From: a virus
IMG/VR virus record: IMGVR_UViG_3300023179_000098
Coordinates: 5,334-69,333 of that record
Strand: one strand, 5' to 3'
DNA length: 64,000 bases
Part shown: piece by piece, positions 49,101 to 58,600 of the stretch
Position numbering within the stretch: position 1 is the first letter of the stretch
Layout of the letters: each line of letters opens with the position of its first letter
Program-made: the position numbers and the translations under genes
Notes under the pieces: generated by a model
The model's input: the letters and a program-made list of their open reading frames with translations, nothing else
What the model was told of the DNA's origin: nothing
Database searches by the model: none

Positions 49101-52025
49101 TGTCAAGGTAATGGTTATTTTGATAATAACACACAAGTAGCACAAAAAACTATTACTCGCAGTAGTGATGCTCTTAGAATAGACAATTTTTCTCCTTTTT
49201 ATAGCGGTGTTGCGCCTGCTGCTAATGCTCCTACAAGTAGTACTATTGCTAATACTGGATTTCATGGTCCTCTACAAGGAGGCACTAGTTTAGTTAGTTC
49301 TTATGCTGGTGCAGGAGGAGGTGGTTATTGGGGTGGTAGTGGTGGTGGCTATAGTGAATCAAATACTATGGGTGGTGGTGGCGGAGGCAGTAGCTATATA
49401 CACTCAACCCTAGCTAGTGGTACAATATATGATGGTTACTATAATACCGCAGGTAATAGTACAGATGTTGATAGAGGTACTAGCGGAAATAGTGGTGCAG
49501 CAAGTAGTGTAGGTACTGATGGTAAGGTAATAATAACTTATGGTGCTACTACACTTAGCTATAGTACAGCAGGTATTTATACTTGGACATGTCCTATAGG
49601 TGTTACTACAATATCTACAAAGTGTTGGGGTGCTGGTGGTGCAGGCGGGCACAGTGGTGGTTGGGGTTTTGGATTTTTTGGTGGAGCAGGAGCCGGCGTA
49701 GTAGCTACTGTTACAACCGTACCTAACACCATTTACTATATTACAGTAGGCAGTGGTGGTGGAAGTATTAGTGCTGGATATAGTGAATTAGGTGGTAGCA
49801 GTATAGTAAATACTACTATTAGTGAATTTGGTGGTGGTGGCGTAAGTAGTCGCCATAATGTAGATAATAGATATGGAGGCGGAGGCGGAGGATATAGCGG
49901 AATATTTACTACTAATCCTGCTACACAAGCTAGCGCACTAATAGTAGCTGGTGGAGGTGGTGGAGGTGGTTCAAGTAGAAGTCGTAATTCATTAAGCTTT
50001 TTAACAGGTACTACAGCTGGAAGTACTGGTACTAGAACTTTAATTAGTAATGCTATAACTTCACTAACGCACACTGATAATAATCCTTATTTAATAGGTA
50101 GTTATTATAGAGGATATATTAAAGATGTAGAGATAAATAGTAGCACTTATGACCCAAATAATACTATACCTACACAAGCATTGACTAGCTCAATAAACAC
50201 ATTACTATTAACCTGCCAAAATAATACTTTAATAGATAACAGTCCTATTACCAAAACGCTAACTGCTACAGGTACCTTAAGCAGACATATATTTAGTCCA
50301 ACAGCTATAAAAAATGAAGCAGAGTTACTATTTACGGGTAGCAGCGATAGTAGAGCATATATAACTGGAGATATTGGTACTATTACCAATAATAAGCAGT
50401 ATACTCCTGGTAGTTATAACAGTGCACTAGTACCGTTTGCTGGTACATACAGTATACTACACGAAGCTTTATCACAACAAAGTACACTACGCTCAGCTTC
50501 AGTTAATTCATTGCATAATTTAAATAATACTACACCGTTTACTATAGAATTTTGGTTATATCCTATTAGAAATACTACAATGAGTGGTTCAGAAAATCAT
50601 ATAGCAAATACATTTAGTAATCTATATGGTTGGAGTATTGCTTTTATGCCAACTTATATTAGGTATCAAGTTTGGGAAAATAATACAAATAGTAATGTAA
50701 CAGTTAATACTACAATTAATCTTAATACTTGGTATCATATAGCCATTCAAAGTACTGGTACTAATTTAGTATTTTTTGTAAACGGTCAACAGATAGGTAC
50801 TACTTATACTAGACCTAGTTATACTGGTAATGATACTGCTGGAATTATTTTTGGCACATATACACAAAACTTTACTTATCGTGGCAATGGTAGTTGGCGA
50901 CTAAGTAATTTTAGATTTGTACGTGGCAGTACCGTATATAATAGTGGTAATTTTACCCCATCTACAACTCCATTAACCATTATAAATGATACAGTGTTTT
51001 TAGGACTAAATACTAGCACATTTGTAGATCAAACTAATAATGTAACTACTTGGTTTGTAGATGGTAATACTCCTGTAGTACAAGGCGGCCCACAACAAGG
51101 TGTAGATGGTACTGGTTATTTAGAGTTAATACCTATTGATACTAATGGAGCTAGCATAACAGTTAATACACTACAAAAGGGTGCTGGCAATTATAGTAAA
51201 GGATTTAAAACTCCTATTGATTATACTGCTACCTTATATAACGAAGGATTAGTAGGTTCGGTTAGTAGGTGGAGTAATAAATTAACTTATTATATGGCAC
51301 AATGGGCTGATTTAGGTAGTGGCATTGGTCATGGACCAATTATAAATACTACTTATACTTTAACTCATACTGGATTACCAACACATACTCATGTTAGGTA
51401 TAGATTAAAATGGCATTTTATAGATTCACCAGATAACGAAACTAATACACTAAGTATTGATGGAGTTACTTATTTACAGTTTACTAAATCTGGTACAACT
51501 GAAGGAGCTACTGCTGTTACAACTAATTTACTAAGTACATTTACTTGGAAAAATGGTTACTATAGCTATAGTCCACAAGCAAATATTGCTCATAGAGATG
51601 GTTATTTTACTATAGATACTGGCTGGATACCACATACTGCTAGTACCATAGCAATAGCACATTTTAGTGGACTAAATGAAGCACAAACCAATGAAGCCAC
51701 TTATTTAACACATGCACAACTAGATTTTCAAAATAATGGTATCGACGTTGTACCCACCAATAGTTATCCACTAATATTAAATGCAAATAATTTTAGTCTT
51801 AGTGGTAATAGAACTAATCAATTAAATTATGTAACAGGAGCATATTTACAACCTAGTAGTGTTGCAAATATGCAGTTTAATTATCTAGGTATAAGAGATA
51901 GCTATGTTACAGGAGGTTTACCGCCAGGTTGGTATGGGTTAGAGAGTGAAAATTATGGCAATAATCCAGGTTGGGTATGGGTGCAAGTAGCAGAAAGTAG
52001 AGGATTTTTTCTATTTATGTTTTAG
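43140..52025 (+). CDS. Giant adhesin-like protein: beta-rich scaffold, four LamG/ConA-like domains, Gly-rich domain
   Basis: 2961 aa, Thr/Asn/Gly/Ser-rich. LamG motifs include S..FDG, FTIE.W, LNTWYH.A, GYISN.RI and LLTC. Confidence 0.85.
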   Translation: MATKTWVGASGASYNTAASWSPSGVPASGDDLYFDMGSADITVTGSAAATFRNITITGGFLLTFSSAQTYTIQGDFLNIGTNGSRFATGTGTVFQWTGGNAQTFNPGYGTTFHNITINKTQGTTLTLQGALDVLVTTASTLTWTNGNINLNGNSINARAFTSTGTTAGTDRTLTHNADINISGITGTVLNYNSTLITTNIKTGSFVVSPVSGTNSITVTGMGGQMSATVAATQVRSRAPNLKLYAGGDVAENARNYVVTGAWEYINANSNFTNGSYFGTWTGIDGNGATFVQGTATTNNEVSGWLFLESNKTSYWNYDPRVYRISTVAGGVAAGTVLTNAVVNVTGDANDAKAAIFDLACQYATHNIGILANFASYNNFILNCSGANSTFNFIRVYDDINTSGTTQINLSSTNGAYNWSNSNTNLRAGTITHTQGTLNLNGNNIYTRNWSTSGGNRTYNFGNGWIVVNGSHRDGINGAGTLSMSTQTASTTLTSDCNTNADGGFIIQSTGTCSLTASHWSAETLPNLVVNSISGTLTTTSLSGSCRTLRLWGSVVIGTSSTAVSLSFRDTPVDNGSGIPSILQWNGQDPQGTLSTRYLNIQFLHTTNNVYLDWRFEGAGAGAASTDRRRLGAITTDTVSLGVNNSITIRAYCTSINYTKPDGTVNIEYCDVATTSTFNPASGTTTFNYNNILTTDLICGGSAGTNTHNLNYYRNGTGLPQATAGVRFGQLTLSGTSTSNVYNLYDVVLTGNTTSLDLNFTGGGTLFIRNSNSTVGRFTCTETTIARTINFGTYWLGLEASGILTYTPGTSPTVIFTSVTTTTQKTHYSGAGGIAIRGSGVGLTTSNIAESNALNLLFEDGYSATFTTPVYRNIITVTGPNEYKSGGWFSTTGAQTLTIYGDLLLHYGPEQANTMNWPSYTFNFSGTDTSVPQYINTNNYFGNSFQPQIVIGTANFNAGAPKILSTTGRPTYIKTVNHSAGTLVINAGLSLVCDRFTPTGGTIYAYGDIYANWWDDADNANLDWQGSGYVEVGNTISTSISGWTSRPRFDSGGTSTATEGPNLRVVNFGDSIWTYYINAVKKLKLANTSSTRRANIHVYKGLELAGGNITNVTTPQALEPDLDYTSGGYSGPSIYSRNIGGTTTTFVSTTTIFFTVAYRLPNSGVYEITATNNTNGGNGCPQFYIINKPSNTPGTVGNVNFTGLTGVNGVTHALGVYNGYIGSRTILIDCNNRIVYWADGNNNAFPVPNATNGNGYWFLVTDGSSTQAMNMDINWATATSNTSYLQAYYIGVNQAPNINIAAGNNGRYLFSSTSNMSSAFYSLSTTFSQTIDLDPRSATLKFIDINLANENTIVRTNGVNVETPRIAGDFANLELDSGQITLTGSGDVLDVKTIISGETTTAKYSTYFNGTSYITVQQSSNTPSSIINLNNTILWQAELWYWPEQNYSTKWDEVTGPLSVCLLTKRSSQTASTPDWEIAVDPVTQRLEFINGATTYATSIVPTPDTWNYIRVNYVANNYGNAGGGGGQDGSSFFDGKFEYRGRSGTVVGQSWIEPAASLPVTTNWSVLFDGTDDGLVVADSSNYYFGSNNFTIELWIYNTAFDPSGNMLFEKGVFASGKEFRAYITATTVVFEGNLTATATGTYTTITATTTNSLNTWYHYAFVRSGNILYILRNGALLTSAAFTGTIFNTTQLMSIGGAADGNNNFITNGYISNFRIISGQALATGAYTAPISPLTTTTTGWLVSGSPVALTGTVALLTCNTDKFADSSNSQLRMAFRAGVPQITSFSPFGASYYNSVAFNSASYLQVPNSTDIDLGNGGSDWTVECWFNMPQLKTSGATYLMGMSNGAGTVNKWLLAINTSTGFGYQVNRVGFQTYVSTVSQWINSSYTWEANKWYHIAAVYTSSDTTTRLYVNMQLVGSMVYNASSTTGVLRIGSDGESSAYFQGYISNVRIVKGTAVYQVGSLPTFASISIQPLTAIANTKLLTCQGNGYFDNNTQVAQKTITRSSDALRIDNFSPFYSGVAPAANAPTSSTIANTGFHGPLQGGTSLVSSYAGAGGGGYWGGSGGGYSESNTMGGGGGGSSYIHSTLASGTIYDGYYNTAGNSTDVDRGTSGNSGAASSVGTDGKVIITYGATTLSYSTAGIYTWTCPIGVTTISTKCWGAGGAGGHSGGWGFGFFGGAGAGVVATVTTVPNTIYYITVGSGGGSISAGYSELGGSSIVNTTISEFGGGGVSSRHNVDNRYGGGGGGYSGIFTTNPATQASALIVAGGGGGGGSSRSRNSLSFLTGTTAGSTGTRTLISNAITSLTHTDNNPYLIGSYYRGYIKDVEINSSTYDPNNTIPTQALTSSINTLLLTCQNNTLIDNSPITKTLTATGTLSRHIFSPTAIKNEAELLFTGSSDSRAYITGDIGTITNNKQYTPGSYNSALVPFAGTYSILHEALSQQSTLRSASVNSLHNLNNTTPFTIEFWLYPIRNTTMSGSENHIANTFSNLYGWSIAFMPTYIRYQVWENNTNSNVTVNTTINLNTWYHIAIQSTGTNLVFFVNGQQIGTTYTRPSYTGNDTAGIIFGTYTQNFTYRGNGSWRLSNFRFVRGSTVYNSGNFTPSTTPLTIINDTVFLGLNTSTFVDQTNNVTTWFVDGNTPVVQGGPQQGVDGTGYLELIPIDTNGASITVNTLQKGAGNYSKGFKTPIDYTATLYNEGLVGSVSRWSNKLTYYMAQWADLGSGIGHGPIINTTYTLTHTGLPTHTHVRYRLKWHFIDSPDNETNTLSIDGVTYLQFTKSGTTEGATAVTTNLLSTFTWKNGYYSYSPQANIAHRDGYFTIDTGWIPHTASTIAIAHFSGLNEAQTNEATYLTHAQLDFQNNGIDVVPTNSYPLILNANNFSLSGNRTNQLNYVTGAYLQPSSVANMQFNYLGIRDSYVTGGLPPGWYGLESENYGNNPGWVWVQVAESRGFFLFMF

Positions 52026-52033
52026 GAAATCAA

Positions 52034-52372
52034 ATGTTTATACTAAATTTTATTCCTAGTTGATTTTTTCCACTAGTTGCAATTATAGCATTAGCTATAT
52101 TTATAATTAGTAGGTATATACGATTGCCACAGGCACAACTACTACACTATGGCAGTGCGGTTTATAGTGGAAGTACTATTACAGTACCAACTCAACCAGC
52201 TACAGTTAATGTAAATTATCTTGGTATTAATAGTTCTGTAGTTAGTGGGGGTGCAAATCAGTATTGGTTTGCTAATAATAGTATTCATTATGGTGGTAAT
52301 ATTGGTTGGAATTTTGGTCAAGTACAAGTTAGTGTACAAGATAAATCTTTTTTCTTTTTTATAATAATCTAA
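52034..52372 (+). pseudogene. Chimeric remnant: spanin 5' end (with TGA) fused to a paralogue of the giant protein's 3' end
   Basis: AGGA SD and ATG at 52034 give MFILNFIPS*FFPLVAII..LLHY, against ORF 58800 MFLLNFIPDWFFPVLSLV..IVHY. The frame continues NYLGINSS...GNIGWNF..SFFFF, against ORF 43140 end NYLGIRDS...NNPGWVW..GFFLF. Confidence 0.85.
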
Positions 52373-52386
52373 AACCTAGCTAAACG

Positions 52387-52437
52387 TGTGCCATACTAAA
52401 TTTAGTATGGCACAAAGTGTTACTTTTATAGTATAAT
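52387..52437 (+). promoter_or_regulatory. Perfect 28-bp palindrome plus TATAAT -10 box
   Basis: TGTGCCATACTAAA|TTTAGTATGGCACA (52387-52414); TATAAT at 52432-52437; only a weak -35, inside the palindrome arm. Confidence 0.65.
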
Positions 52438-52491
52438 ATGTAAAAATAAAATTTTTAGTTATTAAAATTTTAATGTAAAGAGACTATTACT

Positions 52492-52947
52492 ATGTCATCA
52501 ACAAAAATTACAGACATAAATATTACACCAACAGGTGTAACTGCTGGATATTATACTAATGCCAATATAACAGTTAATGCAGAAGGTCAAATTTTAACAG
52601 CTACACATGGTAATACTATAACTGTACCTCTTAGTCATTTTAATTATACTATAATGGGTAAATTATCTAAAAGTGGCGGTAAAAAAAGATGGTATTCTCC
52701 TTCTACATTAACTATAATAGAAATTAGAGGATATTTAGTTAAAGCGTCTAATTCACTTACTAAGGTAGCGATAAAAAAGAATGGAACACTAGCCAAAGAA
52801 ATAGATTTTTTAGCTTATGCTACTTATACAAGTAGTAGCAGTACAAATGAAATTTCTATGATTCAAGGTGATTATTTAACAGTTGATCTAGTACAAATTG
52901 GTGCAGGATCAGAAGATCTATATATGCAATTTATATATAGTAATTAA
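52492..52947 (+). CDS. Small virion protein with tail-fibre-type repeat
   Basis: TGVTAG.YTNANITVNAEGQI..A repeat; C-terminal GDYLTVD..Q.GAGSEDL. Confidence 0.65.
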   Translation: MSSTKITDINITPTGVTAGYYTNANITVNAEGQILTATHGNTITVPLSHFNYTIMGKLSKSGGKKRWYSPSTLTIIEIRGYLVKASNSLTKVAIKKNGTLAKEIDFLAYATYTSSSSTNEISMIQGDYLTVDLVQIGAGSEDLYMQFIYSN

Positions 52948-52960
52948 AGGAAAATAAAAA

Positions 52961-53236
52961 ATGATTTTTGAGTTACCAGTAGCTATTAGCGAAAATACTA
53001 ATATAGTAGAAAAATATAGAGTGGTATTAGAGGATAATAATACTGTTGCTAAGCTCTATAGAATAGAGATAAGATTAATTGAAGAAAAAGAAGAAGAAAT
53101 AGAAATTTATTCAAATAGTTTTTATAAACATCCACTTAAATTTGATAATAATGGTCAACGATATAAGTGGTTAGATTGCGAAGAAGTAATTAATTGGATG
53201 ATGGGTAAAGGTTATTCTGAAAAGGAATCTGACTAA
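52961..53236 (+). CDS. Hypothetical protein
   Basis: AAGGA SD; TAATG coupling to the next gene. Confidence 0.65.
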   Translation: MIFELPVAISENTNIVEKYRVVLEDNNTVAKLYRIEIRLIEEKEEEIEIYSNSFYKHPLKFDNNGQRYKWLDCEEVINWMMGKGYSEKESD

Positions 53237-55644
53237 TGGCTATAATTAAATATGCTACAAAAAAAGACGTAATCAGTGTTTTCGAGGACCCTAATCCAGG
53301 AAAGAACACTATTTATTTAGAGGGTGAAGGCTACTTAAAAGATAGCTTAGCTTATAAACACAATAGTCATATGTTTATGACTCCGGGTGGAAGTAGAATC
53401 GACTATAGAGGTACAAATATACATATTAAAAATGAACCTATTACTGTTAGTTTGGGTGGTACAAGCTATGGACCAAATCCAAGAAGTGGTACTTTTGCTG
53501 GTCAAACAATGGCTTTGGTAAAAGATGTGGGTTATTTTGGTCATACTACGCTTGGTAATGATATGAGTGCAGCAACTACTGCAATTGATACGCTTAATAT
53601 GAACTCTCAAACAAATTTAGTTGTTCTAAATTACATGAATATGGTAGAGGGATTACAACGAGGTGCTATTAATAGAGTAGTTTCTAACGATTTAGGTGCT
53701 GTTTCTGTTATGTGGTATTTAGATGGTGGATATGGTAATCCATTAACAGTAATTATTTGGCCTGCTGGAGGTACTCCTTCAGAAATGTATGCAGTACCTC
53801 CAAGTATTATAAGTACTGGTACACAATTATCAAGTACTTGGAATCAAACTAGTCAAGGTACTTTTTATGGTATGCCTACAGAAGAAGATAAAAGTACCGG
53901 ATGGATTTCAGAATTATGTATTGTAAGTAGTGGGGGTAAATCAGCTGCAGTTAGTAGAGGTGGCAGAGGCTCTGATCCTTGGTACGGTGTTAGTGAATTT
54001 GCTAAATTTATTAGACCTACTTTTGCATTACGTAGAATAAATTTACGTACAGGAGAAAGAGCAGGACCACTACAAACATTTAATTCAAGTTTAGATCCTC
54101 TTACTACGCCAGGAGTATTATTTGATGAAATGACTGGCCAATATATTGGTAAAAATAAAAGCAATACTCCTTGTTATTTCTTTAATGATTGCAGAAGCGA
54201 CCATGTTGGCTTTTTAGTTGCCCATAATGCTGGTGAATTAACGAATGTAGCAGCTACAACTGTTGAACAAATTATTAATACTGCTCCAGATGGATCAGGA
54301 GTTAGATTTGCTAATGGTAAGCGAAATACCAATAGTACTTCATTGGGTGAGTTTGCCAAATTTTCTTCAAAGGTTTTCAATAATTCTACTAATAGTGACG
54401 TTAAACACTGGTTTACACCATTTTTTGATAAAAATTTAAACTATTATCCCTACTTATATGTTTGGACAACAACACCAGGCGCCGAAAGTTTTGTTAGATA
54501 TAACGTAGATATAACTCTAAACAATGGAAATGTAGCTCCTAGTACTAGTACAGAGGGTTTAAGTAAAAGTTTTGGCACTAGTGCGTTTACAGGCAAAACT
54601 GGTCCTAATTTTGCTGGCGGAATTAGTGGTAGATACAGAAATACTAGAACTTTAGTTAGTGGAATACCAACTCCAACCACTACTTTAATTAAAAATACAT
54701 CAAGTGCAGATAATGGATTAGCTGATGTTATGTATAATGAACATCATTCTACATACGAAGATATAGGTTTAGCTGTTGCTAGTGCAACTACTATTACTGG
54801 TGGAAGTACGAATTTTGATACAAAATTAGTAGCAGGAGATGTAATTAGAATTGGTACTGAAGTAAGAACTATAGCGTCTGTTGCATCGGCAACTAGCGCT
54901 ACAGTTACTCAAGCTTTTACTACTCCAATAAGTGTTATTACAAAAATAGAAAAGTTAAATAGATATTTAACTATGTACACTATGGCCGGTTCATTTAATA
55001 AATACGGTACAGCTGCTGGAGGTTCTAGTCAAGATGGTGGACGTGTTGTATTTACTTATAAAGTAAGTATGGACGCTAGTACAACACCACCTGTACCTAA
55101 AAAATTAACTTATCATTCATCTTTTTCGGCTCCTAGTACTCTTAAAAGTGTTGTATTTTTAAAAGACGATAGATCACTTGTAGGTATTATACTACAAGAC
55201 AGAATTGTAATATATCAGTGGAATGATACAGATGGATGGGTAGGAACAACAGAATTGCCAGGAATTTTTACTAGTTTAGGTAGAGATGCAACAGACAGAA
55301 TTTGGGCAACTGAAGCTCCTTCAGATCAAGGTTATGTAAATATTCATAGTTTAAGTATATCTATTCCAGTACGAATTGTACTTAGAACTTTACAAACTAA
55401 TTATGACTATGATAATACACCAATTAATAGTCAAGTATTTGTTTCTGCTTTCAATTTCTTAAATCAAAGAATCAATGCATTACCTGTAGCCCTATCTATT
55501 ACAGGAACAAGCATGAAATTTGTTGTTGGTGGAGCAGAATTATCTCAAACCACTGTTACTACTAGTAATACAGGAGATGCCCCAGTAGATATTAGAATAG
55601 TAAGTGCAGGCATTAGTGAAATAATTGCAACAGTAAGTATTTAA
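53236..55644 (+). CDS. Putative virion structural protein
   Basis: 802 aa, beta-rich; carries a small inserted G.TNF...L..GD.I domain; Ig-like C-terminus suspected. Confidence 0.6.
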   Translation: MAIIKYATKKDVISVFEDPNPGKNTIYLEGEGYLKDSLAYKHNSHMFMTPGGSRIDYRGTNIHIKNEPITVSLGGTSYGPNPRSGTFAGQTMALVKDVGYFGHTTLGNDMSAATTAIDTLNMNSQTNLVVLNYMNMVEGLQRGAINRVVSNDLGAVSVMWYLDGGYGNPLTVIIWPAGGTPSEMYAVPPSIISTGTQLSSTWNQTSQGTFYGMPTEEDKSTGWISELCIVSSGGKSAAVSRGGRGSDPWYGVSEFAKFIRPTFALRRINLRTGERAGPLQTFNSSLDPLTTPGVLFDEMTGQYIGKNKSNTPCYFFNDCRSDHVGFLVAHNAGELTNVAATTVEQIINTAPDGSGVRFANGKRNTNSTSLGEFAKFSSKVFNNSTNSDVKHWFTPFFDKNLNYYPYLYVWTTTPGAESFVRYNVDITLNNGNVAPSTSTEGLSKSFGTSAFTGKTGPNFAGGISGRYRNTRTLVSGIPTPTTTLIKNTSSADNGLADVMYNEHHSTYEDIGLAVASATTITGGSTNFDTKLVAGDVIRIGTEVRTIASVASATSATVTQAFTTPISVITKIEKLNRYLTMYTMAGSFNKYGTAAGGSSQDGGRVVFTYKVSMDASTTPPVPKKLTYHSSFSAPSTLKSVVFLKDDRSLVGIILQDRIVIYQWNDTDGWVGTTELPGIFTSLGRDATDRIWATEAPSDQGYVNIHSLSISIPVRIVLRTLQTNYDYDNTPINSQVFVSAFNFLNQRINALPVALSITGTSMKFVVGGAELSQTTVTTSNTGDAPVDIRIVSAGISEIIATVSI

Positions 55645-55657
55645 ATAGGAATATATA

Positions 55658-58600
55658 ATGGCAACATACAGTATTAGTCCTAACTCTAGTACAATTAATG
55701 AAGGTGGTTCAGTTACTTGGACTATCATTACAACTGGTGTTGCAAATGGTACTCAATTATTTTGGGAAAATATTGGAACGTCAACAGCAAGTGATTTTAC
55801 TAGTGGTTCTAATACTGGAAGTATAGTAATTAATAATAATTTTGCAGTTCTGCCTTTAGCAGTTAGAGAAGATTTTACTTCTGAAGGCGGAGTTGAAACT
55901 ATTATACTTAGATTAAGAGAAACTAGTTTAAGCGGCCCTATAGTTGCATTAGCATCTGCAGTTAATATAGCAGATACTTCTACAGAAAAAACTTATACAA
56001 TTGTATCTAGTTCTACAACTGTAGGTGAAGGTAATGCTATAACTTGGACTATTACAACTACTAATGTTGCTACAGGTACTGCACTTTATTGGATAAACAT
56101 AGGAAATACTGGAGCCACAGATTTTGTAGAATCAACAAAGTCTGGCGTTATTTATGTTAATAGTTCAGGTATAGCCACATTAACCTTAAATTTAATTGGT
56201 GATTTAGCACTAGAAGGTGCTGAAAATATAATTATTCAAATAAAAACAGATAGTGTAGCTGGACCAACTGTAGCTGCTGCACCCGCTGTTATAGTTATTG
56301 ACAGCTCTATAGGTACTAATGGTAATTTTATACAAGAACCAGAAACAATAATTGTAAATGATAAATTAGTTCTTAGTTCTAATAAAAGAAAAAATAATAT
56401 ATTTATAATAGAAAGAATTAATTTTATTTCTGAAAAACTACGTTTATCTGAACCTAAAACAGAAGGTACTTTTACAATACCAATAGTTTCTAATGGTAAA
56501 TTAACAAATACTATACCAAATTATAGACTACAAGTTAATTCTTCAAAAATATACGACATAGATAATTTAATTAATCCAAGATTTAGCCCTAATGTAATAA
56601 ATATTTCCAGTAAATATATTATAAATAGTATAAAAAATTATACTATAGGTGATTTGAAAACTTTTACTGATAGTAATAATGGCGTTAGTTTATTGAAAAT
56701 AGATACTGCTGTAGATGGCACTTTGGATATAAGAGATTACTATAATAATAATCGTAGATGGACTGTGTTATTAAATTCTACAACTAGTGTACCTTGGGGT
56801 TCTTTAAAAGTTGAAGTAGATTCTGTAACGGGATTTAGGTATTTAGATTTAAGTGGTGGAACATTTGAAGTAGCTAAAATAAATAATAAGGATACTCAAA
56901 TCTATCAACAGCCTACAGCTATCCAAGCAAGAACTATTCCAGGAGGAGTATCTCCTGCTGTAGAAATAAAAAAGAATAATACTAGATTTTATTTGTGGAA
57001 ACCTAGAACTCAAAGTTTGAGTGCAGTATTACTTAATAAATCTTTATTTATTGCTACAGATAGTGATGAAGGAACTAGGGGTGGTAGTAATGTTACATAT
57101 AATAAAGGAGTATTAACTGGAAGTAATGTTGTACATTTAGATAGAGTAAATAATAATAATTTTTTTGAAATTTCCCAAGGTAGCCCTACTGTTTGGACAA
57201 CTGCTTCTACAACTTATACAACAACAGGCGCTCCTAGTAAATTAAACGGTATTACACATACAGAAACATTAGTAAATTCTTCAACTGTAGGGTTTTTATC
57301 TGAATGGCAAACATTAATTGTTACCTCCGAGTCAGAAGATAATAGTATTGAAGGAACATGTTGGACTCAAAATATACTTGCTATACCTTCAACCAATACT
57401 ACTCCTGCTCAACCAGCAAGATACTTATTAAATGGAGTAGGTACTCAGTTTTTAAGAGATTTAAAAGTAGGTGATAGTATAATAAATAAAGATTTTGTTG
57501 GTTATGGTTTTCAAGGTAGAAAATTAGTAACTGGTGCTCCTGATAATGGCGGTGCTACTGCTCCTGCTACACAAATAAATACTGTTAAAGCTATAATTAA
57601 TAATACTCTTGCGGAAGTTACTACTCAATGGACCGCACCTAATTCAATAGGATATATAATTCCATTTGCACCATATACAATATTTAAAAATTTAACAAAG
57701 CAATCTAGAGGTTTAACAAAATATTATGTTGATGGAGTTCTAGTAGCTACATCAACTAAAACATATCAAAGCTGGTTAATTGACAAAATTGGAGCAATGA
57801 ATAGTACTGCTAAAACAACTACAACCGCACATGCGGCCCCAGGATTTTTAGCACAAGCTGGAATATTAGATAAGACTCTTAGTGATATAGAAGCATATGA
57901 ATTACATGTTAGATTAAAATATCTTAAAGATAGTACTGTCGATCAATCGGTTTATTTAATAGAACCACATTATAGTCAAGAAAAATACGAAGCTTCAAGT
58001 GCTTCTAGTCCTGCCTTTACAGAAATTAGACAAATAGTATTTATAGAAGGAAGTGCAGGAGATAGTGCATTAGCTAATTGGAATAGAGGTGATACTTTTT
58101 CATTTACTAATATTAGTGGACTAGGTCCTGTTGTAGCACATGGTAGTGGTGCTGGAACTTATACGCTTACATTAAATTATTTACCACCTCATGATAAAAT
58201 AAGATATAAAGTTTATTGGCATGGAGTAGATAGTTTAGACTTAGAACCTAGTTCTATTATTATTAATGGTCAAATATATGCTCAATTTAATGTAAAAACT
58301 GAGCCGCCTACTGAAGTAACTTTTACGACAAATTTATTTGAAAGTTATTCAGTTATTCCAGCAACTTATAGTTATGCACCATTTTATAATAACACTAATA
58401 ATAATATTTATATAGCATTTGATAGCGGTTTTATATCACATACTTCTTCAAATTTTGTTGTAGATCATATACTTGGACACAATCAAGCTCAGACTGATGA
58501 AGCTCAATATATAAGTCATGTAGAAGTAGAAATATTAACACTAGTACCAACAGGAGTAAGTTCATTAGGTTTTATTAATCCACCAGATTTATTATCTAGA

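Noticed and set aside
52061-52063. TGA aligned to Trp as evidence of a recoded genetic code
   Set aside because: TGA acts as a stop in several ATGA-coupled junctions (3970, 13066, 28135, 59225, 61503, 63338), and long genes read through intact under the standard code. It is a nonsense change in a remnant.
52124-52372. 82-aa ORF as a standalone gene
   Set aside because: TTG start without a clear SD; better explained as the downstream part of the chimeric pseudogene starting at 52034.
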